DNA of 64,000 bases. Source: Octopus sinensis. Its lineage: Eukaryota. This document shows positions 51,599 through 64,000 of this stretch, piece after piece. Numbering within the stretch: the first letter of the stretch is position 1; each line of letters begins with the position of its first letter. Made by a program: the position numbers and the translations under genes. Location of the stretch: assembly GCF_006345805.1 (NCBI RefSeq), contig NC_043011.1:19232464-19296463 (forward strand), read 5' to 3'. The notes under the pieces are model-generated. The model saw only the letters and a program-made list of their open reading frames with translations, made no database searches and was not told the DNA's origin.

Positions 51599-53359
51599 AT
51601 ATATACATTGATACATAAGTACGTTTGTTTATTTGTGTATTAACTTATAGATAGAAACGCACGTAAACTCATGTGTGTGTGTATCTATGTATGTATATAA
51701 CCATATACGCACAACAATCGATATTTATATCAATCTATTAAAAAAATCTTCTTTAAGTTAACAGTGAAACCCGTATGTGTATGTCCGGCTCCGTATGTAT
51801 ACATGCGTCCATATATAATGCACACACACATACACACACATACACACACATACACACACACACATCTATATATCAATCTACCTATCTATATGATTCCTAC
51901 ACAGAAAGATTTTTCAAGAAGATACTCATATGCACTCATACATAAATACATGCGTATATAGCTAGCTACATAGCTTGTTGGATAGATTGATAAATAAGCA
52001 GTTATATGTAAGAGCACATCAATTTTAGTAAAGCCAATTTTATGAAAGAAATTTGGCGTATATAAAAGCAAACTTATGTTCTCTTTGAAGAAATGTAATT
52101 ATATTCTTCATTGCATAAGTTTCTGTTTTCTCTATATTGATATTGTTTAATTTCACCACAATATCCCTTGCAAACAGAAAGAAAAAATAATATATTTTTC
52201 AAACCATTATCTGTCAGCAAAAATAAAACAAAACGAAAAATATATAAGTAAATGCACCAAAGAAAGGAATATTTAATAAAGAATAAAAAATATTATGAGT
52301 ATTTTCCTTATCAAATATTTCTATATCTTAGAATAAACAAAATCGTCATATTAGATTGTGAATAATATTTCCTGGAAATTATGGATTTGTGTCTTCTAAC
52401 AAGAAATATAATTTATATCGTTGTAGATGTATGTGTGAGAGGAATAGGTATTCTTCAGTATGCGTTTGTGTGTGTCAGTGTAGACGTGTCTGTGTATGTA
52501 AATCTTTGGGCTTGTGTTTTTGCATGTACGTGTCGATATGTTGGGTATGTGGGATAATTCTTTTGTAAAATGAATATGAATGATTATCTACAGATAAAAT
52601 TAATATTAAATATTGGAAACAATATAAATTCCAATTCCTCCGAATATATACACACACATACATTTATATATAGGGAACATATATACATTTATGTAAATGT
52701 GTATGAAATCTGTGACTTTATGTATATGGCTTCATGTAAAGGATTAAATACGGAAGACAGCATTATGAAAGCCGTAGATTGAAATTTCGTAAACATCTCC
52801 AACGTGAAATGAAATGAGAGATTGCCTGATGTAAGAGATCTGGTCCACTGATCAGAGAACCATTTCATGTTTACGATATCATAATGATTAAATATAAGCC
52901 TCATCCAAAGATTGCATGCACTAAGTTTATATTGTATAATAACATTGTCGAAAGGAATGCGCGAGTAGCGTAGCACGTATACAAACGTTGTCAACAAAAG
53001 AACTGGGGAGACATTAGGAGAAGGCAATTTATATTAGTATCATTAAATTAAAAGAAAAATGGAGAATGTCCCATCTGTTGGGTAATCTGTTATTTGATGA
53101 GTGATCGTGTTTCGAATGGCATTATTGAGTAGCTGTTATATGCTTCAATGACGGCCTTAATGCTATTTCTCCTATGACGCTAGCACAGAAGTAGGTGACT
53201 AACTTGTTCCATTTCTCTCAGTAGCCACTGTGCATGCTGTTCTCTGCATTTAACATATCAAGAGATATTGTTCCAAATACATTTCTTTCTAAAAACATTG
53301 TTGACATAGGAGTTAACTTGCACTTTCCTGTGTATCGGCATTTCGAATGCTTCCCATCA

Positions 53360-53391
<32 letters not shown>

Positions 53392-53825
53392 CACGCTTGT
53401 TTTGTAAAAATGATATTTAGCAAATGATAATTTACATAGGGGTATACTGCGGCGCGTATCCCTGTACATTGATATAAGCCAGCGTTCACACGCGCTGTAG
53501 CGGGTGTTTTAGAAAATAGAGTGTTTCCAATGCTATAGTTAATGATAGTCCTTGCAATCTCCTTCAATTTAAGGCTGCTGCCAACCACGTTCGAACACGC
53601 ACGCGTCACTCCAAATACACGCACATTTGTATATATATATATATATATAATATATATATATTATATATATATATATATAAAGATATATAAGATATACACA
53701 CATACATATATATAAAGATATATAAAGATATACACACATATATATATATATAGTAGAATAAGAAACAGAAAGTCCTTGGTACAGTTTTATATATTGGGGA
53801 AAAAAGGCTATTTCTGTTCATTTTT

Positions 53826-53888
<63 letters not shown>

Positions 53889-53989
53889 TGTGTGTGATTC
53901 TGAATGTAAGTATATATATATACTAATTGTGACTGACGGTAAAGAGTAGCACCTAACCTGCTAGAAATATGAGGTAAAATCTCTCTTAG

Positions 53990-54880
53990 CCGCAAAGAAC
54001 AACAAGTCTACGTACTGACAGTTTGAGAGGAGGTAGGGTTTGCGAAAAAAATGTGGACCAGGAGGTCATGTAGGTTGTAGGCTCGTTTGAAAGAGGGGAG
54101 GGATATGTTGGGGAATATATGAGAAGTAGAAGGGTCGGACTACAGTGGCCGGAAGGCTCGGAGAATGGTGCGTTGGAGGAGTAGCTGGAGGGGTGGGCAC
54201 GGGCGACAGCGGGGCGGGTGCGAGGAGAGAGAGAGAGCAGAAGCATGATCCACGGACGTGCTCTGGCAAGGGCGTTGTGGATAATAGTGAGGGAATATCC
54301 ACGAAGCATGAAGTTTCGAGCCATGAGTTGAGACTGAGTCTCAAAGTCATGGTTGTCATTGCAGATCGTGCGCAGGCGGAGGAATTGGGAAAAGGAGATG
54401 GTGAGCTTGGTGTGTGTAGCGTGGGTGGAGGACAAGTTGAGGTATGATTGTGAGTCGCTGTATTTGTAGTGGATGGAAGTAGTGAGAAATGTGTTGTGTA
54501 TGTTGACCGAAATGTCGAGAAAGGCGACAGAAGTTTTGGAAATGATGCAGGAGAATTCGAGGGCAGGATGGAATGATTGGACAAAAGAGGAACGAGTCTA
54601 GTTGTTCGAGGTAGGGTGAGGTTGCTTCGATACACTCATAAATATAACGATCGTATAATTCAGGAGTGGGATCAGTGAATCTTGAACATATTTGGGCTTT
54701 AACGTAGCCAACGATCAGTTTCGCATTGTGTAGGCCCATTCTCGCTCCCATGGCTATTCCTGAGTTCTATGGGTAAAATTCCTCAACGAACGAGGAGCGG
54801 TTGAGGGGAAGAACAAGTTCGGACAGACGAAAAAGTGTGGACGTGTCAGGCTGGGGTTTGGGTCGAAGATCTAGAAAGTG
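53990..54880 (-). pseudogene. disrupted PLE reverse transcriptase (third, GC-rich family)
   Basis: TLFRLSELVL, GIAMGARMG, LYDRYIYE (RYIDD-like), SVAFLDISV, SIHYKYSDSQSYL, FSQFLRLRTIC, FMLRGYS, FKRAYNLHDLLV; frameshifts. Confidence 0.9.
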
Positions 54881-54944
54881 TTTAAAAATATACAAGCTGT
54901 AAATATACTGAAGATTCAGGATATACCGCGTGGCAAAAATATGA

Positions 54945-55348
54945 GTTGAAAATATGTGGAAAAAAATATAAAAAAGTGGAAAAGAAATGCCTTCGTTTCA
55001 TATAGCTTAGTATCTTTTTGTAAATATATACATATTAGATGGATGTCATGAAATCCCACCGGTTTTCGCTATTTAAATTAGCTTTTCAAGGGGCATTGTA
55101 CTATAATCAATTCTCATGACAGAGGGGTTTCGTTAGTTTGGATGTAATCAAAAACATCCGAAATGAGGAAACCCCTCTGTCACGAGAACTGATTACCGTA
55201 CAATGTCATTTGAAGCTAATTTATCTAACAAAATTCCTGTTGGATTTCACTACATCCATATAATATATTTATATTTATAAAAAGATATTAAACTATATGA
55301 AACAAAGGCGTTTCTCTTCCACATTTTATATTTTCCACATATTTTAAC
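54945..55348. repeat. ~400-bp imperfect palindrome with 8-nt loop
   Basis: ..CTCATGACAGAGGGGTTTC..GGATGT aatcaaaa ACATCC..GAAACCCCTCTGTCACGAG..; pairing continues out to the AAAATATGTGGA/TCCACATATTTT ends. Confidence 0.92.
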
Positions 55349-55353
55349 GCTAA

Positions 55354-55440
<87 letters not shown>

Positions 55441-56314
55441 ACATATACATATACATATATATATATATGCATATATATACATATGCATATACATAAATAT
55501 ATATATACATTCATACACGCAGAAAGAGAGTGAGTAAGGAAGGAGATAGGTAGAAGATAGTTATCTAGAAGGGTTGACTGATAGATAAGAAGGGAGAAAC
55601 ATACATATATTGGGAAATGTTTTTATTGTTTGCTAATGACTCATATTCGTAACCTTTCACTTCTGGGGATATCTACAAGGTATCAGTGAAACGTACGCGT
55701 ATGTGCACTGATAACGAATGAGATCACTTAATTTGAACACATTAGTAAATGGAATCGGGCAACGTATATCAACTACGGATTCAATCGAATGAGCTGGACA
55801 CTATATGAATTGGAACGTTTAAACTTTAAAAACTGGAAAGACGAGCAATGTTCAAAAGTATCCACACCCAAACTAATACGAATAGAAGACAATAGAAGAC
55901 ACACCAAACTGAATGTGACCAGTGTCAGTTTAAAATAGACAACAAAAAGACACTAAAGCAAAATATTATAAAGATAAGATTATATCAAAATGCAAGCTAC
56001 GTAGCAAAATGCTGAGGTAGTTGACCATCTCAATTCATGTTTCTCAGTTGTTGACAAGTATGCCTAGTGATAAAATAGTATCGTCGGTAATGTCTGCTAC
56101 GGAATATGGTAACTCTTTCACATGAATAGGGACGAGTTATAGCGTATACGCGTGTGTAAAACTATACAGGACAAAGAACTTGCGACACTGAATTTATATG
56201 AGTATCTAGGTTGACTAACAAAGCAAGGCCGTCTTCTAGATACAACTTTAAGATCTTTTTAATTCAATAATCAGTTCCATATTCAACACATACGCCGTTC
56301 AAGCAAGATTATCA

Positions 56315-56525
56315 TTTCTTTATTGCCCACAAGGGGGTAAACAAAATAGAGGGGACATACAATGACAGACAAAGGGATTAAGTCGATTACACCTACTCCA
56401 GTGCGTAACTGGTACTTAATTTATCAACCCCGAAAGGATGAAAAGCACAGTCGACCTCGGTGGAATTTGAACTCAGATGAAACACCGCTAAGCATTTCGT
56501 CCAGCGCGCTAACGTTTCTGCCACA
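56315..56525 (-). mobile_element. tRNA-derived SINE, family of 24465-24677
   Basis: Collinear similarity. Confidence 0.88.
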
Positions 56526-56749
56526 CATTTCTACAAAATATCAATTCACAATCGCAACGTAATAGAATAAAACAACACACACAATCTATAGTCAAAGCTA
56601 TCACCTACAAATATATATAAAACTGATATAACTGATGCAAATTTATTTCTCACTATTACCATCCGATACTGAAAGATGTAACACATTCCACACAGACTAT
56701 AAAAGCCTACAACTAAAATGTATCTGACTGGTTACTTGGTGATGCGTGA

Positions 56750-56796
<47 letters not shown>

Positions 56797-58467
56797 GGGA
56801 CGAATTGTACAAGAAGAGTATACGAATGCAATTCCACATGGTCAATGGGCAATACTGCCCATTTCCTGTCTATGTATTTTCACCTGAGAATAGATTGAGA
56901 TCATGCGCGGAATTTTGAAATTTTTATCATCAGTATCATCATCATCATCATCATCATGATAAATTATGAAGAGAACTTGCTTGGTTGTAAGGCACCAATT
57001 CCGAATTTTAGTACATTTCTCTTGTCCGTATATAAATTGTTTGTCAAGATTAGAAATATGAATGGGTAATCACATATTTCCAAAAAAAATTCCATTTACT
57101 CCTGCTTATAAAGTTTCTCACAGCTCAATGCTAGATTTCTTATAGCCTCTCATGGCCTCGCGGTTGTAGGAGTAAGGCTAAACAATTTAACAGGTCATTA
57201 TACAGGGTACTCATTTCCTACGTGCTATGATAATAGGCACCCCCTACCCTGGTGGAATTTTAGCTTAGAATATTCAACTAATTATGTAATGATTCTACTT
57301 CTGAATTTTCATGTGCCGAGCGCAATATTAAACTGAAAAGAAAAGAAAAAAGTACAAATAGTTTGCATGTCAGGGGTACATTAGAAGTGCATGAAACAAA
57401 ATTGCTTTATTGATGTTTTGGGTAAAAAAAATCGATAACTGCATTGCTTAACATAAAGAATAAAATCAAAAACTATGTGATGCGTTGATAAAAGATGAAA
57501 TAACATACAGAATGTCAGTAATGGAGACAATACATATTGTTTGCCAGTAAATGTTTCTCATGAATAATATCACGAAGAGAACTCTTTTACATCGAAGCAT
57601 TATTGTCGATTGTAACATGTCAGATGTGTCTATAGGAAGTCATAAGACAACAATATGTCAAATAACACGTTTTGAAAGCCAATATTGCATAACGAAATGA
57701 AATTGTATACTATAGAATAACATATTTCTCAAATAAAACAATATGTAATGGTGTACATAAGTTTTAATATTAAGAAAATATGCCTGAGCATATGATTGCC
57801 CGAAGTTAATATTGGTGGTGATGCCTTTGAAGTCAATAGTTATTACTATGGTTTAATTGGAAGTAATGTGGAAGAATAGGCTATAAAATAAATTCTTGCA
57901 ACATCTGCTGTGGTAATATTTAAAGTACAGACTCGATTTAGAAAATATATTGCTAAAAGAAATATATGACAGCTGATTCTTTGAATGCTAACATAAATCA
58001 TTAAAAATGTAACGGAAGATGACATATAAGCTGATATGTAGAGTAATATATGTCTCATACATGTGACAGATTTCTAAGTATCAGCAAACTCATCTACTTG
58101 AAGCTACTCTTTATTGAGAAATATTGAAGATATCAATGTTACAATAATTGTGAAGCGAGCTGAAAATTTTATCGCATGATAGCATCCTGAAAAGGAAATG
58201 ACATGAAAAAAAAAATAGCTAATTAAATTTAAAGGGAACAACTTCACAAGAAACTTTTAAATGGGTAAAAATAATGAGTATTTCGTATTATTGATGTCTA
58301 TCGATCTCTCTCCCTCTCTCTCTCTTTCTCGGTCTATCTCTCTCTTGCTCTCTATCTCTCTCCACACACACACATACACATTTTTATATGATAGGTATTT
58401 ATGAAGAAATATAACTATTGATAGAAAAAGTTATGGATACGTATATATACATATATATACACATATA

Positions 58468-59321
58468 CAGGGTGCGACGGGTAAATTGTCACAATTTTAT
58501 ATTTTTAATTTCGCATATACGCATTGTTCGCCTTTGATTTTGCTGACCACACAGTATAGTAGGATCAGCTGGGGACCGTCTGTGAGAAACACTGCACCGC
58601 GCTGCAATTTACTCGACCAGAAATTTGGAAAAAACCTGCCGTATTGCTTGGCATCCGCGCAAGAAGCTCCGATGCGAACATTTGAGAGTGTTTGGGTATC
58701 AATCTGAGGACAGTGTAATCTGAGGACATGTATTGTGAGTGATAAAAATGAAACATGCAGTCAACATCATGGTATTTGGAGTGATCAGAAGTTATGATGA
58801 TATTAAGCATCCATTTGTCTTCTCACACGGCTCCTACGGGAAATGCCTGGAGGAGGTAATGCTGCCCTCGGTCAAAAGAGTAGCTAGTGGGCGAGCCTAT
58901 GTCTGGCAAGAGGACCCTGCATCATGCCACACAAGCAGGAGAACCCAGTCATGGCTGCCATACAATTTATGCGGCCACATCATCATCCCAACATCTGTCC
59001 ACTTAACTCCACAGACTTCAATCATCTTCATTATTATGTGTGGGGCGCATAAACTCCTAGTAACACCAACGATGATCTGAAGGCAAGGATTATAGCAGCA
59101 TCCATCAACTTAAACAAGGAGACTGTCTAGAAGAGCAGCAAGAGATTCCGAGGTCGTCTGGAAGCTGTGGATGAAGCCAATGGCGATCTTATTGAATAAG
59201 TTTACTCTTTAGTATTTCAAGATATCTTTATGTAATTTGCGTAAGTATATCTCTTAAAATGAGATGTCAATATCATTTTCATTTCTACGTAGTTTAGACA
59301 GCAGATTATCATCACGCCCTT
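58468..59321 (+). mobile_element. internally deleted Tc1/mariner-superfamily element, maT (DD37D)-like
   Basis: TA+CAGGG start; PEIWKK.AVLLGIRA; KHAVNIMVFGVI..PFVF..LEEVMLP..VASGRAYVWQED.ASCHTSRRTQSWL; NSTDFNHLHYYVWG; right end only weakly TIR-like. Confidence 0.8.
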
Positions 59322-59332
59322 TATACTTATGC

Positions 59333-59373
<41 letters not shown>

Positions 59374-59382
59374 CACACACAC

Positions 59383-59447
<65 letters not shown>

Positions 59448-59755
59448 ATATATATACAATTCAATTTACATTGAAGGTCAAAATGCATAGTTTGCTTTAG
59501 AAGCGTCGAGATGTATTGAAAGATACAGATAAGGATTTTTTTTTCAAACGCAGGATGATGCTAATAATACAGTATGGACAGGGTAAACTAACTATATTCT
59601 GCAGAAACATCTGTCGGGAGTCAACCATGAGGCTCGAACACACATCCCTGTGATTACGCCTCTACTGCTTTACTATTAAGGTAAATTGACCTGACAACAA
59701 ATTCTTCTGCAAATTCTTCTGCTAGATTATTTGTATATCCTAAATTTGTCGTTGA

Positions 59756-59833
59756 GTCGGTTTAACTTAATAGTAAAGCACTCGATGCGTAATCACAGAA
59801 ATGTGGGTTCGAGTCCCATAGCAGGATGCCGAC
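59756..59833 (+). pseudogene. tRNA-like relic or SINE head
   Basis: GTCGGT/GCCGAC acceptor-like ends, T-arm GTGGG TTCGAGT CCCAT; anticodon stem imperfect, 8 extra nt. Confidence 0.4.
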
Positions 59834-60194
59834 CGATTTATCTCCAAAATATGGATAGTATATCCTGTTCATGCCACTTTATTAACACTATCCTGCGCTT
59901 GAGAATAAAATTATTTCCTTGTCTGTATCTTTCAATATATATTTATATATATAATAACATAAATAAAAGAGAGTGACCGCTCTATGGTCAACTCTAGCGC
60001 TAAAAATAAATCCGCTATGTTATTAGCCACTAAAAAATTGTTTCCAAGGAGAATCAACTCAACATTTAATGTATTTTATTGTATCCCTGTTTTTTATGCG
60101 CTGAGCCACTTTGTGTTAAATTGATGGTATTATTAAATTAATATCCAATTTTTCACCCTTATTTGTAATTATATTTATATTTATATATATACCT

Positions 60195-60256
60195 TATTTA
60201 ATAAGCAGCAGATATCACAATAAATGTTACTCAGAGTTCAACGTTCCCGTTCGTCA
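60195..60256 (-). ncRNA. decayed copy of the 19561 hammerhead family
   Basis: TTGACGA ACG GGAA CGT TGAACTCTGAGTA ACA..ATCTGCTGCTT. Confidence 0.55.
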
Positions 60257-60289
60257 ATATATTTGCATGTGTGTGTGTGTCCTTTTATA

Positions 60290-60385
60290 CTTTTACTTGT
60301 TTCAGTCATTTTGACTGTGGCTAGTTTGGAGCTCCGCGTTTTCTTCAAAGAAATCAACCACTGGATTTATTTATTGTAAGCTTGA
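60290..60385 (-). mobile_element. SINE 3' fragment
   Basis: TTTTACTTGTTTCAGTCATTTTGACTGTGGC matches the family tail. Confidence 0.7.
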
Positions 60386-62254
60386 TACATAATTTTTTAT
60401 ATCCATAAATATATATATGAAAAAATCTATACGGAATATAACAGATTTTAAAGAAAGTTTCTAGAAGTTGACAGAAACATCTTAAAACATACATGTATAC
60501 GTAAATATATTGAAATATAGTGATGAAAGCGAAAAAAGAGATGCAAGGAGAGAGGAGATAAGTCAGAATAATTAAAAGTATTATATATTAGGTATATCAG
60601 GATATTATTATTAATAAAAAATAATATTTTTGATGGGATGATGATTTTTTTAAACAGCACGAAATGTTTCTATAGTATTGAAAAAATTAATTTCAATAAA
60701 AACTGAATAAAAGAAAAGAAAGGCAGTAAAGATTTCGATAAATTAGAAATTACTCTGACCATGTAGTTTCTCTCCCCCGCTTTCTGTACATTTTGATAAG
60801 GTACTTTGGAAATAGTTCAGTACGTCTCATATCTATATATACTGTTCTACCAAAAGAGCATCCTTGATAGCAGGTTGAAAATGTATGATATATAACACTC
60901 TACAACATTAATATCGCCTATGAATTTACTGTGTTGAGCAAGGCAATGAGAAAAACCCTCAAATTGTTATTCTGTTTGCGATGAAAAACATTACATCATA
61001 CATCTCCGCATCCGTTCTTTTAAGAACTTAATATAGTTGAACTATACGTATTATCCTAGCTGAAACATGTTAGATTACATGTCACCTCCACCAAGGCTAG
61101 GCTGTTGCTAAACGGCAGTGAAAAATTCTATTAAAAATAATAAATCCCACCACTCGATGAATATCGTTATTTTCGTTTCATCTTTCTGAGGTCAATTAAT
61201 TTAATTACTTGTCATGTAATATATTCGATTTAATCGATTAATTCCATGTCCCTAAATGCAATGCTTCTTGCGGTCTCAAAAATCAATATATTGTTCATTC
61301 ATCTAACAATCCAAAACTTTACTAGAAGTAAAATTCAATCCATATTCTTACAAAGAACTTTTTCTATAAAAATATTCAACATCCATGTTCGGATTTGATG
61401 GAAGTATAGCTATTAATATTGTCGTCATAAAAATTGATTTAATATTACTTACAAGAAAATATTTTAGTATCCTCAATAGATTTATATTAAAGAGAACAAG
61501 TACTATAATTATAAAGAACATTTAATATAGTAGCAGGTAAGCATTTCATACCAATAATTACGTTGTACTAAGAATTTCTCTAGAGGAGATAAGATATGTG
61601 TCATATCATCTTCCATAAGAAATCACTGTCTTATGGATAGATATTACAGTCTTTTCTAACCAAAATATTACCTAAAAGAAGTGGAGAAAAAAGTAAAATG
61701 ATTTCGAAAACAATACCATAATAAGTGGAACATCAAGTATGAGAAAAAAAGACATATGAACAAAGACGTAGTAGCTATACTTGGACCCTCAGCACTATAA
61801 ACTTTCCAAAAATAGCCCTTCTAGAACGGCCCACATTCTACGCAATTTACCGTAAAAAAAAAATAATAATCCGCAAACACGAACGCATTGTATACAGTAA
61901 ATATCGAATAAAATACACAAACTTCACAACGTGTACTCTACGTGTCGAATACCTGAAGGAACAGCATACAATACAAACACTAATTCAACAAAAGACTAAC
62001 CAAACCCTATAACAAAACAAACAGAATCAATACAATACCGAGAAGTGTTTATATTCGCACAACAGAAAAATAAAAACAAGAACAAATAATGCTGCACGCA
62101 CCTCAGTAACGCGGTGTTGTAGCAGATGAAGGTGTCAAAATTTTTATCTGAAATTATCAAATGTCAAATGATGATGATGATGATTATAACAATGATTTCA
62201 AATGATGATGATGAAAATTTCTGGGGAGAAGCTAAGTCCATTGCTCAAATGTCT

Positions 62255-62345
62255 CTTATTTTAGTGTCAGCGAAATGATGAGAGCCAAAATCGACCTCGC
62301 CGGAATTTCAACTCGGAATGTAAAAACGGGCGAAATGCTGTTAAT
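62255..62345 (-). mobile_element. degenerate SINE fragment, 24.5 kb family
   Basis: AAAATCGACCTCGCCGGAATTTCAACTCGGAA. Confidence 0.65.
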
Positions 62346-62699
62346 GTCAGTTTGCTCTTAAATGCTATTGCTAATTTGAAATCCAGTTCAATGTGCCGCA
62401 CACACGAATCATCGGTGACTTATGAACCCAGTTGAGTCAAACATCATCCAACAGTAAATGTCTTCCATTGTTGCAAAGTCGCAACGAAAGTAACCCTGCT
62501 AAGGGAGGGAAAGATCTGAAATGAACCCAAATGTATATATTAGAAACAATGTGGTTTGATGCCCAGTGGGAAATGATATTTCTCTTATGGGATGGGTAGG
62601 GTGAATTCTTGTTTCTTGTTCGATAATCTTCCTAGTGATTGTGTTCCGATAAAAAGGACTAAATCGAAAAAAATACAGTATCAGACCAAAAACATCATG

Positions 62700-63950
62700 A
62701 CAATTTTGATTAGGTTTGAAACAAATAATGATGTAAATGGGATTGGGGATTGGAAAAAATAACTTTGAATGTCCTTTCCACGGTAATTATTGAAATGGTG
62801 AGCTTGATGTCTATTTATAGGCGGGAACGAATTTAGAAAGAAACGGAAAACGGAAGTCAATATGATTGGCATGAATTTTTTTACGGATATGGGATGAAGC
62901 AATTATAAATGCCAAAAATGCCTTTCCGAGGTCACCGAAGAAAGGTTATTTGTCCCAGTATATTGTAATTAAATCAAATGACTGAAATTGAAATTGAGGA
63001 GATCAAAAGGAAAATTTTCAATGGCCCAGAAAAGAATTAGTTGAAGAGATTGATGAAAATAGAATTCTTGGAAGTAGTTGCTGAAGAATTACCATTAACT
63101 CAAAAGACAGATGGAACAGAACAACAGTGAGGAAAACACAAGTACCAATGTTCTACGAAGAAAAATAGTTTTAACAGAATTTTCAGTGCAAAAAATATAC
63201 CAGAGGACATTGCGAAATTCCGCCAAATTTCAGATACATAGAGAGGAACCAGGTTACACTTGAAACACGAATAGCAAATGGCTTGAATAATAGATTACCT
63301 ATTGATCCAAGAATATATCCGAGGCAAATGCATTGATACACACTACAGCAAGTATTGTAGCGGAAGCTGTAGAGTTTAAGCAAGGAAATAATAGAAATCA
63401 TAAGGAACACATAATTTGTTTTATGCTCAACAAATTATCTATAGACTTTGATAGAAGCAAGAGGTTGAAAATTATTTACACGATGAAGTGCTTAAAGGAA
63501 AGTTCTAATGAGAATCATAACTGGACACAAAGGTGTTGACATGGTGTATAAGAAGTTGAGACAATGGAACATTGGAAAGGCATGATTCTAGTAAAGAATG
63601 GAAAGGACTGAATAGCTGTTATATGGAGAGAAGTAAGATAAATGAAGCAGCGATTCTGAACGCCGAAAGAAAGATAATTTTTAACTGGAATTTCGAATCC
63701 GCCAGTTGAACCTGACAATATCTCAAAATGATTAAAAAGTTGGTAGAGTAAATGGAGGATGTAAGGAAATAGGGATGACTATCTATTGGGAGAGTAAATG
63801 TGAAGGAAATGTCAAATTGGAATAAACAATGGCCAGGTGTTGTTCAAGGATTTTGACTGAAGAGTTTTTGATTTTCACGTGATAGAATCTCAAATATGCT
63901 AAAGACTATACAAGAACAAGGGATTTTGCCACTTTGGATGACTAATGTTT
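62700..63950 (+). mobile_element. heavily decayed non-LTR retrotransposon N-terminal/pre-RT region, probably R4/Dong-like
   Basis: RIWDE..FPEVTEERL, TEIEIEEIKRK, LIHTTASIVAE, MSNW..PG.VQGF*LK, RDRIS, GILPLWMT (resembles NWKAPGPDG..FW.K..H.RI..P.WMT). Confidence 0.6.
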
Positions 63951-64000
63951 TGTGTGTGTTAAGCATAGCGATAAGGTATGCATAGTTTCTAACTTTGATC

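Noticed and set aside
53380-53600. Local CpG/CGCG enrichment, possible promoter or enhancer
   Set aside because: No adjacent gene or diagnostic motif; cannot be supported from sequence alone
59756-59833. Functional tRNA gene
   Set aside because: Broken anticodon stem and extra bases before the acceptor 3' strand; kept only as a relic

Overview
This is 64 kb of AT-rich, repeat-dense animal DNA. I infer an octopus/coleoid genome from the tRNA-derived SINE families and the very high (TA)n/(CA)n load; this is not proven. I could not support any host protein-coding exon, and most track ORFs are microsatellite artefacts. Transposable-element relics: a CR1/L2-group LINE RT, a Tx1/L1-like LINE 5' half, a probable R4/Dong-like LINE, mariner and maT-like transposons, about 14 SINE copies, and three Penelope-like element (PLE) coding fragments, one an open 302-codon RT-thumb + GIY-YIG ORF. 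The main signal is non-coding: more than 20 type I hammerhead ribozyme (HHR)-like motifs from at least 10 unrelated sequence families. Most have a palindromic stem III and many have long stem II hairpin insertions. Several occur as back-to-back (divergent) inverted pairs whose 3' ends run out into (TA)n. One forms a ~465-bp tandem retrozyme-like array with an inverted leading copy, and four families carry a CCGANGA core variant. All structures were folded by eye and activity is untested.
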